From the NCBI GenBank assembly GCA_038087875.1, contig CM075989.1, forward strand, positions 434,001 through 498,000: DNA of 64,000 nt, in the 5' to 3' direction. Shown piece by piece: positions 53,225-64,000 of the stretch (its first letter is position 1; the number at the start of each line of letters is the position of its first letter). Source of the DNA: Malacoraja senta (Eukaryota). Below the pieces are notes generated by a model. The model saw only the letters and a program-made list of their open reading frames with translations. It had not been told where the DNA came from and searched no databases. The position numbers and the translations under genes were made by a program.

Positions 53225-53790
53225 GCCATGCCATTTTCCCAGTCTATGTGGAAAATTGAAATCTACCACAATCACTACCTTGTGCTTACTACTAATATCT
53301 GCTATCTCCTTACATATTTGCTCTTCCAATTCTCGCTCCACATTTGGCGGTCTATAATACACCCCTATAAGTGTTGCTACACCTTTCCCATTTCTCAGTT
53401 CCACCCAAATAGCCTCCCTAGACGAGCCCTCTAATCTATCCTGCCAAAGCACTGCTGTAATGTCTTCCTTGACAAGCAATGCAACACCCCCACCTCTTGC
53501 CCCTCCAATTCTATCATCCCTGAAGCAACAAAATCCTGGAATATTTAGTTTCCAATCACAGCCCTCCTGCAACCATGTTTCACTGATCGCCACAACATCA
53601 TACTTCCAGGTGTCAATCCAGGCTCTAAGCTCATCCGCCTTTCTTACAATGCTCCTAGCATTAAAATATACACATTTAAGAAACCCACCTCCACTTATTC
53701 TCTGTTTAATATCTTTTTCTTCTTTCTCCCCTACATTTTGGGTCCGAGTGCTTCCCTTCTCTGCCTCCTGCCTCCCACATTTTCTACTAG
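53225..53790 (-). mobile_element. CR1/L2-type APE endonuclease fragment
   Basis: AISETWL..GGGVALLV..GVYYRPP..DFNFP. Confidence 0.85.
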
Positions 53791-53869
53791 CTTTGTGAAG
53801 GATTTCACCGGTCCAGCTTGACGGCCTATGGACTCCGGTGCATCCTCGACCTCTCGAGCTGTCCCCACC

Positions 53870-56800
53870 TAAGCATGTCCACAGTACACTCAGACAGTCC
53901 TCACCCCAGAAAAGGCCTTCTTAAAACCTGCAAATCAACAAATCCAAACGATCATACAATGGATGTTGTTCCCCTGTTACAGGGTGCAGCAATAGATTAC
54001 TTCTTTTTGGGACTTTCATCAACGTTTGTGTTGTTAATTCTAATATCAATGGATACCATGGCTGTGTAGGCCAATTTGGTACTACTAATACCCCTGAAGC
54101 AGCATCTTGCCTGATTTTAAGCAAACATCGGCTTATGAGGCAGAAAGGTGGAAATATATATGAAAACATACCACCCCAATGTAGCGGGAAAGCATCAATC
54201 GCCACTGCTCCTGGATCTGGTTCCAATGACACATATCTCGATAGCTGATGATTCAGTCTAGATGCGAACAAGTCGATGTCTGGCATTCCAAATCTGATTA
54301 CTATGTCATTGAATACCTCTCGATTCAACATCCATTCTTTACTATCATGGAACTTTCGTGACCTGGTGTCTGCTATCGTATTCATTCTACCTGGTAGATG
54401 GATAGCTGAAATCCAAATGTTCTTTTCAATACACCAAGACCAAATTTGATTAGCCATTTTGTCACATGACACAGACTTGATTCCACCCATATGATTAATA
54501 TAGGCAACTGCTGTTGTGTTATCAATTTGAACTTGAACATGCTTAATAGTTGTGTTAAAACAGTAAGCTTGGAATCCATAGAAACATCCTAAAAGCTCCA
54601 AATAGTTAATTCCCCATGTCTGCAGTAACAATGACTCTTCCTGATTTTACTTCGGAGTCACGTGAGTGACTACGTGAAGAACCCCGCCAGTGCGCCTGCG
54701 CGTCATTACGTCAGACGCCTTGACGCAAACAGACGTGAGGAGCAGAGCTCCTTGAGTGGATTTGTAGTTTTTCAACTACAAGGTAAGTAAAAACTTTTTT
54801 CAGGTTTTCCAGGTCCGTTTACTGTGGGTCTATGGGGATTTTTTCCACAGACGCCATGGAAAAAACGGACAGGGGGAAGAGGCGAGCGACACAGCCGACA
54901 GAAGTCGGGAAAGTCGGAAGTCCGCGGTTAGAGACCAACCGCCTCTAAACCCCGGTACAGTCGCCAGCGGTGAGCATAGCGACTGTGGACCTGGGGCTGG
55001 TGAAAACACTGTCAGCGCCTGTCGGGCAAAAGACAAAGTTTAAATCCCAACGGCCCAGGAGGAAGTCCCAGGCAATGTAAGTAGCTCCAGGGCTAGATAC
55101 TGCTTTCGAGCATATTGCCCAAATAGAAAGCCTTTTACACAGGCTGTTGGAGCAAAGTTCACTCAGGGAGGAGTGAACTGAAAGCAAGCTGCTGGAAACA
55201 GCTCAAACAGCTCCTGGTACAGGGCTAGATACTGCTTTCGAGCATGTTGCCCAAATAGAAAGCCTTTTTCATAGGCTGTTGGAGCAAAGTTCACTCAGGA
55301 AGGAGTGTACTATAATCCAAGCTGCAGGAGCAGCTTAACAGCACCTGGCTCAGGGCTGATGGAATGCACCCTCAGGAATGAGGAGCGTGCTACGGGTCAT
55401 GAGATTTCAGACCCCGACTCTGACGGTGAGGCTGTACAAGGCGATGAACGGCAGCTGCCAGATGTTCCACTCCTGGCAGTAGGATTCGCTGCCCCGTCAG
55501 GGTCAGGAGAGCCATTAGGAGAAGAACTGGCCTCCTTAATAAATTACTTGGCTTACCATTAGCTGGAACAGCAGGAAATGGATGAGACTGCAAGAAGTAA
55601 CTGTGGGTTGCTGAAAGCAGCAGCAGTGAATCAAATTATCTGGAATCAGTTGCAGAGAATATTAAAGCTGCTGGGTTCTGGAATAACTGCTCATGCCAGA
55701 ATAGCAGAAAAAAGCCAAGAGATGACGGAGTTGCATCAGGAAACACTGGGGTTGCTATGCAGCACCCACTTCGAGACAATTGTCTGAGGAAAAGTGTGAT
55801 ACGGCCTACTATGAATCCAAAATTCGCAGCACTCTGCAAACCAAGTAATATACAATTACCCAACTTACTCTTTGGAGAGGATCTCGGGAGACGTATTAAA
55901 GAGTTGGAAGATGAAGCGAAAACAGGATTGATGAAGACATCAATGGTTGTGAAGTCTGTAAAGAGGAAGTATCCTTTCAGACGTCATACGGATCCTGGAC
56001 CAAGTCGCTCATCAACGCAGGGACGTAGTTGGCGGCCTGCAGCGGGAGCAAGAACCAGTGGGCGTGCTTCCGGGAGAACCCAGGAATCTCGGTACTCAAA
56101 TGACTCAAGAGGTAGGTGGACCTGGTTCTCATGGGAACATACTAACTGGATTAAGTCCAAAAGTTGGAGGCAGGTTACATTTCTTTTATAATAATTGGAA
56201 GAAAATTACTTTAGAATGTGGTAATCCTGAATCATATACATGGATTTTGAATTGAATTCAATCCAAATTATGATTTGCCTGTTCAGCATGTTCCTAGCCG
56301 AACTTTGCACTTTGTACAAAAAGAAGTGATGGAGGTTCAGGTTGCACTTGAAACCCTATATAAAAAAGGGGTTATTGAAAAAATCAGTCTACCAAAGTCA
56401 CCAATTTGTGTGAAATATATTCCCTCGATCAAAAAAGGATGGAGGATGTAGGATTATTCTAGATATGACAAATCTGAATCCTTTTGTGCAATTTAGACAT
56501 TTTAAAATGGAAACATTTGTGACTGCCAAACAGCTTATTTCAGAAGCATGTTATATGGCAACTATAGACTTGAAAGATGCATATTATTCAGTGTCTGTTC
56601 ATTCAGAAGATAGGAAGTATCTTAAATTTAAATGGATGAACCAGTTGTGGCAGTTCAAAGCTCTGCCTAATGGGTTAACATCTGCACCCAGAATATTCAC
56701 AAAATTGTTAAAACCAATTCTGGGTTTGCTGAGAAGCCAGGGGCATGTACTCGTGGCATATTTGGATGATGTCTTGATTATTGGAAAGACAAAACAGTCA

Positions 56801-59800
56801 ACAGAAGTATCTGTTGCAGTTGTGAAATCAACTTTTGAAAATTTGGGGTTTCTAATTCATCCAAAGAAATCTAGGTTAACACCATGTACCTCTATTAATT
56901 ATTTGGGGTTTACAATTGATTCAGTCCAAATGAATATTACTTTGCCCAGGGAAAAAAGGGTGGATTTGATTAAAGATTGTAGTAATCTCCTAAATGAGCA
57001 AAAACCCTCAATTAGACAGGTGGCTTGTGTACTGGGAAAATTAGTAGCAGCATTCCCAGCAGTTCAATTTGGACCATTACATTATCAACAGCTGCAGAGA
57101 ATTAAAGAACAGGCACTGAGAAAGCATGTTGGTCATTTTTGATAGAACCATGCAACTAACAACAAATGCAGTTTCTGATCTGCAGTGGTGGATTCTACAT
57201 GTCTCAAGCAGTTCCAGCAAAGTGCTGATTGAACAACCTTCCATGATATTACAAACTGATGCCAGTGCACTAGGATGGGGTGCAACTGACTTAACATCTA
57301 GCTGCGGAGGCAGATGGAATCAGGAAGAGTCATTGTTACTGCAGACATGGGGAATTAACTATTTGGAGCTTCTAGGATGTTTCTGTGGGCTCCAAGCTTA
57401 CTGTTCTAACACAACTAATAAGCATGTTCAAGTTCAAATTGATAACACAACAGCAGTTGCCTATATTAATCATATGGGTGGAATCAAGTCTGTGTCATGT
57501 GACAAAATGGCTAATCAAATTTGGTCTTGGTGTATTGAAAAGAATATTTGGATTTCAGCTATCCATCTAACAGGTAGAATGAATACGATAGCAGACACCA
57601 GGTCACGAAAGTTCCATGATAATAAAGAATGGATGTTGAATCAAGAGGTATTCAATGATATAGTAACCAGATTTGGAATGACCGACATCGACTTGAATCA
57701 TCAGCTATCGAGATATGTCTCATGGAAACCAGATCCAGGAGCAGCGGCGATTGATGCTTTCTCGCTACATTGGGGTGGTATGTTTTCATATATATTTCCA
57801 CCTTTCTGCCTCATAAGCCAATGTTTGCTTAAAATCAGGCAAGATGCTGCTTCAAGGGTATTGGTAGTACCAGATTGGCCTATACAGCCATGGTATCTGT
57901 TGATATTAGAATTAACAACACAAATGTTGATGAAAGTCCCAAAAAGGAGTAATTTATTGTTGCACTCTGTAACAGGGTAACAACATCCATTATATCATCG
58001 TTTGGATTTGTTGATTTGCAGGTTTTAAGAATGCCTTTTCTGGGACGAGGACTGTCTGAGCATACTGTGGACATGCTTACGGCAGCCGGGAGGAAGAGCA
58101 CTCAAAAACAGTACCTTTCTTATATTAAGAAATGGGAAGAGTTCTGTGTACAAAAGAATGTGCAATAAAGTACTGCAGATATTTCAAATGTTTAGAATTT
58201 CTGTCAAAACTTTATTATGATGAAGGTCTGAGTTGTAGTGCAATTAATTCAGCCAGAAGTGCATTGTCCTCATATTTGGTTCTGGATTCAGAAAGAAACT
58301 CAATTGGGTCACACCCAATTGTTTCCAGACTAATGAAAGGAATCTTTAATTCCAAACCACCGAAACCTAGGTACGTGACAATCTGGGATGTAAGTGTGGT
58401 ACTGAAACTACTTCGTGAATGGTCATCAAGTGTGTCTTTACCTTTGGTCAAGCTCAGTATGAAAGTATTCATGCTTATGGCATGAGTGACAGCACAACGA
58501 GTGCAAACACTTGGAAAATTACAAAAAGACAGTATGGAAGTAACTGAAGACAAGGTTACATTCTATATCTATGACCTACTAAAGTAAATTAGGCCAGGTG
58601 TGACAGGATTTAAAATTATGCTAGCAGCATATCCAAATGATCCATGTCTCTGTATTAAGACATATTTATTAAAATACATTGAGGTCACAAAGAATTTGAG
58701 AATACGGAAACTGGGTTGTTGATCACACACAGAAACCACACAAGAGAGTTTCAATACAGACTATTTCCAGATGGATAAAAGAAGTTTTAACAGCTGCTGG
58801 TATTAACACTTATGTTTTTACGTCTCACTCGACTAGGGCAGCAGAAACGTCGGTGGCCAGGGCAAAAGACGGCCCCGTCGACCATATCCTCGCAGCTGCC
58901 GGGTGGTCCAATGAGTTGATGTTTCAACATTTTTACCATCGGCCTATTGTTAATGCGGGGTTGTTTGCAGAAACTATTTTAAGTTCTGTGTAAATTCCTT
59001 TGGTTTAAAGGGGATCTGATTCATTTCATTATTGAAATGAATTACTGCATTTGTGGTACAAATGTTATTATGAATGCATGATTGATTATTCTCGTTCCGA
59101 GTCAATCTATGCAGTGAGAAGCCGGGATTGATCCACGGCATGAAATCACAAAGCTTTAAAATCTTCACGTAGTCACTCACGTGACTCCGAAGTAAAATAG
59201 TAAGATTAAACAAGAACTTACCTAAGTTTGAAGTTTGATCTTTATTTTATGAGGAGTTACGTAGGTGATTACGTGCCCACCACGACCCTACCCTCTATCA
59301 TAAAGGTCAGATGGAAGTTCTTGTATTACTCGTTTTATTATGAGACTATATTACTTCGGTTGTTGTTTTTTGTGATTTCACACCGCTGCTTTGAAGATTG
59401 ACGCGCAGGCGCACTGGCGGGGTTCTTCACGTAATCACCTACGTAACTCCTCATAAAATAAAGATCAAACTTCAAACTTAGGTAAGTTCTCGTTTAATCT
59501 TACTATTCCATCTGCCTCTGCAGCTAGATGCTAAGTCTGTTGCACCCCATCCTAGTGCACTGGCATCAGTTTGTAATATCATGGAAGGTTGTTCAATCAG
59601 CACTTTACTGGAACTGCTTGAGACATGTAGAATCCACCACTGCAGATCAGAAACAGCATTTGTTGTTAGTTGCATGGTTCTATCAAAATGACCAGCATGC
59701 ATTCTCAGTGCCTGTTCTTTAACTCTCTGCAGCTGTTGATAATGTAATGGTCCGTATAGGACTGCTGGGAATGCTGCTACTAATTTTCCCAGTAATCGAG

Positions 59801-62058
59801 CCACCTGTCTGATTGAAGGTTTTTGCTTGTTTAACAGATTACTGCAATCTTTAATCAACTCCACCCTTTTTTCCCTGGGCAAAGTAATTTTCATTTGGAC
59901 TGAATCAATTGTGAACCCCAAATAATCAATCGAGGTACATGGTGTTAACCTTGATTTCTTTGGATGAATTAGAAACCCCAAACTTTCAAAAGTTGATTTC
60001 ACAACTGCAACAGATGCTTCTGTTGACTGTTTTGTCCTTCCTATAATCAGGACATCATCCAAGTATGCCATTAGTACTGGCTTCTCAGCAACCCCAGAAT
60101 TGGTTTTAACAATTTTGTGAATAGTCTGGGAGCGGACGTTAACCCATTAGGCAGAGCTTTGAACTGCCATAACTGGTTCATCCATGTAAATTTAAGATAC
60201 TTCCTATCTTCCGAGTGAACAGACACTGAATAATATGCATCTTTTAAATCTATAGTTGCCATATAACATGCTTCTGAGATAAGTTGTTTGGCAGTACAAA
60301 TGTCTCCATTTTTAAATGTCTAAATTGAACAAAAGGATTCAGACTTGTCAAGTCTAGAATAATCCTACATCCTCCATCCTTTTTTGATCGAGGGAATATA
60401 TTTGACACAAATTGGTGAATTTGGTAGACTGATTCTTCAATAACACCTTTTATATATAGGGTTTCAAGTGCAGCTTGAACCTCCATCACTTCTTTTTGTG
60501 CAAAGTGGAGAGTTCTGCTAGGAACATGCTGGACAGGCAAATCATAATTACTTCAATAATTTGGATTCAATTACATTCTAAATCCTTGTATACTATTCAG
60601 AATTACCACATCTGAAGTAATCTTCTTCCAATTGTTATAGAAGAGATGTAATCTGCCTCCAACTTTTGGTCTTAATCCTGTTAGTATGTTCCCATGAGAA
60701 CCAGGTCCACCTACCTCTTGAGTCATTTGAGTACCCTGAGATCCCTGGATTCTCCCGGAAGCACCCCCACTGGTTCTTGCTCCCGCTGCAGGCCGCCAGC
60801 TACGTCCCTGCGTTGATGAGCGACTTAGTCCGAGTCCAGGATCCGTATGACGTCTGAATGGATACTTCCTCTTTACAGACTTTACAGCCATTGATGTTTT
60901 CATCAATCCTGTTTTCGCTTCATCTTCCAACTCTTCAATACGTCTCCCGAGATCCTCTCCAAAGAGTAAGTTGGGTAATTGTATATTACTTGGTTTGCAG
61001 AGTGCTGCGAATTTCGGATTCATAGTAGGCTGTATAGCACCTTTCCTCAGACAATTGATCTCAAAGTGGGTGCTGCATAGCAACCCCAGTGCTTCCTGAT
61101 GCAACTCCGTCATCTCTTGGATTTTATCCACTATTCTGGCATTATTCCAGAACCCAGCAGCTTTAATATTCTCTGCAATTTCAATTCTTGAGTTCTCATA
61201 GTCATACTCAACTGATTCCAGATGATTTGATTCACTGCTGGTGCTTTCAGCAACACACAGTTACTTGGGGTCTCATGCTTTCTTGAAGTCTCATCCATCT
61301 CCTGCTGTTCCAGCTGATGGGAAACCAAGTAATTTATTAGGGAGGCCAATTCTTCTCCTAATGGCTCTCCTGACCCTGACGTGGCAGCGAATCGTACGGC
61401 CAGTGGTGGAATATCTGCCAGCTGACGTTCTTCGCCTTGTACAGCCTCACCATCAGAGTCGGGGTCTGAAATCTCATGACCCGTGGCACGCTCCTCATCC
61501 CTGAGGGTGCATTCCATCAGCCCTGTACCAGGAGCTGTTGAGCTGCTTCCAGCAGCTTGGATTTCAGTACACTCTTCCCTGAGTGTGCTTCGCTCCAACA
61601 GCCTATGTGGAAGGCTTTCCATTTGGGCAATACGCTCAAAAGCAGTATCAAGCCCTGGAGCTACTTCCATTGCCTGGGACTCCTCCTCCGTGGGCCGTCT
61701 GGATTTAAACTTGGCCTTTCGCCCGACAGGCGCTGACTGCCCCAGGTCCACAGTCGCTATGCTCACCGCTGGCGACTGTAGAGGCGGTTGGTCGCTAACC
61801 GCAGACTCCCGACTTTCTGTCGGCTGAGTCGCTCGCCTCTTCCCCCTGCCCGTTTTTTCCATGGCGTCTGTGGAAAAAATCCCCACAGACCCACAGTAAA
61901 CGGACCTGGAAATACTGAAAAAAGTTTCTACTTACCTTGTAGCTGAAAATCTACAAATCCACTTCACGTCCGTTTGCGTCAAGGCGTCTGACGTAATGAC
62001 GCACAGGCGCACTGGCGGGGTTTTTCACGTAGTCACTCACGTGACTCCGAAGTAAAAT
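53870..62058 (-). mobile_element. DIRS1 retrotransposon B (host), 3'-truncated, split by element A
   Basis: Left ITR ending at 62058; gag-like 61886-60571; RT 60540-59508; RNase H/methyltransferase continues in 54643-53921. Confidence 0.92.
54644..59507 (+). mobile_element. DIRS1 retrotransposon A, structurally complete, ORFs decayed
   Basis: Left ITR from 54644, gag-like region, RT (DLKDAY, YLDD), RNase H (TDAS, DNTTAV), FPPF methyltransferase-like domain, tyrosine recombinase (about 58030-58990, HSTRAA), ICR 59162-59275, right ITR to 59507. Confidence 0.95.
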
Positions 62059-63788
62059 AGAACAAAATGCATGTCCTAGTATTGCCCTGGCTGGGCTCCT
62101 ATTTCTAACTCAAGTGAATTGGAAGAAATTAAAAGTAGATAACGATTGGATTAAATTCACGATGAAAACGTGGTTAGCTATCAGAAAACAATTAAATCTT
62201 TTTAATTCGATATCTAGAGCAATGAAGATAGCTGCTAGTCCCAATTTTATACCCAGCAAAATTGATAAGGGATTTAGAAATTGGGCAGATAATGGGCTTA
62301 TTACTGTGAACCAGCTTTTTTATGGGAGAGTCTTGAAATCTTATGAGCACTTGCAGAATGAATTTGGACTGTCAGCGTCGGATTTCTTTAGGTTCCTCCA
62401 AATACGGCACTACTTACAGACACATGGAGATTAGGAGCAGATATGTAGACTACCTTCAAATTTGGAAAATACTTTCTTGATGACTATAGAGGGAGTGTTA
62501 CAAAATAATTTGATATCCCATTTATATCAAGGACTTCAAGACTATACAAAAGGAAATACTATAGGAACAAAACAGAAATGGGAATTGGAAATGAATATTA
62601 TTATTACAGATGAAATATGGGAAAGGACATGTCTCTTGGGCCATAAGCTGACAAGCAGCCCCTCTTGGAGGGAGTTTGATTGGAAAATTAAAACAAGAGT
62701 ATTTAGGACCCCTCTAGTGCTGGCAAGATACAGCAACACCACATTTTTTGGGATTGTCCCAAATTGTACCAATACTGGAGAGACATCCAGGTAGAGATTA
62801 AATTAATTCTGGGAGTGGATCTACCTTTGGAACCGGCTTGTTTCATATTAGGAGACACTCCAGCAGTGACAGATAATCAAAATCAGAAATATTTGCTTGG
62901 GGTGATGCTGTTGATTGCTAAAAAGATGATAACAGTGCTATGGAGAAAGGAAATGCCACCAAATGTTCAACAATGGAGGGAAAGATTGAAAAATGTATAC
63001 TTATTTTATTTTATTTTATTTATTTATTTATTCCGAACAAGTAAAGACATTAAAGACATTAATATTAACAAAATCGAAATTATCAAACAATTGGACATTA
63101 CAATCAATATTTACAAAGCAATGAGAAGAACAAAATCAAAGTTCCAATGTCCAACTCTGTGTCTGTACAAGCTCGAAAAGGAGTGAGAAGAAGAATAACT
63201 TATTAAATCTCACCCCTTTTCCCCAACACTTCTATCATATTTAAAAATCAATTCATTACTAATAATAATACTACCCTAGGCAATTTCCCATAATACCCAC
63301 AGACATATATATACATACAACTATTATGTACATACAATCTTCATATCTGAAGTACCCAAACATAAGTAAACAATAGTAAACAAGATAAACATCAACAATA
63401 GTAAACAAGATAAACATCTTCTTCTTCTTCTTTATTTTATTTTATTTTATTTTATTTTATTTTTATTTTATTTATTTATTTATTTTATTTATTTTACTTG
63501 ATGGAAAGTATAACTGCTAAACCCCAGTTGAGGACTGATGCCTTTAATATTATATGGAAACCGGTACTATTACAAATGCCAAGATTGATTAATGGATGAG
63601 CTCGCTCTGGTGCCTGTGAATAAGATGCTTCTATGATAGAATGGTAAGAGGATCTGATGCGATGCTAATAGAGGTTAGGTGATTTGTATTTTGTCATTTT
63701 GCGATTGTCTTTTGTGTGTCTCTTTGTTTTGTCTGTATGTGTATTTTGTTGTGTCAATAAATGTTGAGTTAAAAAAAACAAAAAACAC
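62059..63788 (+). mobile_element. L1 3' fragment with a (TTATT)n-bounded insert at about 63001-63500
   Basis: FFRFLQIRHY, KWELE, IAKKMI; AATAAA at 63756 and A-tail at 63771-63786. Confidence 0.82.
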
Positions 63789-64000
63789 AATCGATTTGGC
63801 CAGAATACGAGATGTAAGACCAAAAGGGGATGCATTTTTAGATCTTTTCTCTGAATTATATATGGACCAATCAGGTGACTTAAATTACAGAAATTTAGTA
63901 AATTCCCCACAATATTGTGCCATCTGATTGGATTGCCTTCCCACCAACGTAGCAGAAGCCATTAAGATTAATAACATGGACTGGACAGAATATAGTGCCA

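Overview
Eukaryotic, repeat-dominated genomic DNA. The CR1/HER1-type LINEs, V-SINEs and the style of the zinc-finger genes point to a cartilaginous fish such as a skate or ray (inference). Most of the window is nested, decayed mobile DNA: CR1 and L1 LINEs, a Penelope-like element with a 12-bp TSD and hammerhead-like motif, a Gypsy fragment, a putative solo LTR, two nested DIRS1 elements, THAP-bearing and hAT-like MITEs, and about 8.8 kb of head-to-tail Helitron-like units packed with G-rich repeats. Host genes are (i) a C2H2 zinc-finger cluster with one intact ORF and two pseudogenes at 41.6-46.4 kb, (ii) the leader and V-set exons of a Siglec-like receptor on + (50.6-52.6 kb), and (iii) two in-phase cytoplasmic-tail exons ending in tandem IYAN tyrosine motifs on - (15.5-16.9 kb). 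A 200-N gap lies at 26573-26772. Family assignments come from motif recognition by eye, not database searches, and many repeat boundaries are approximate.
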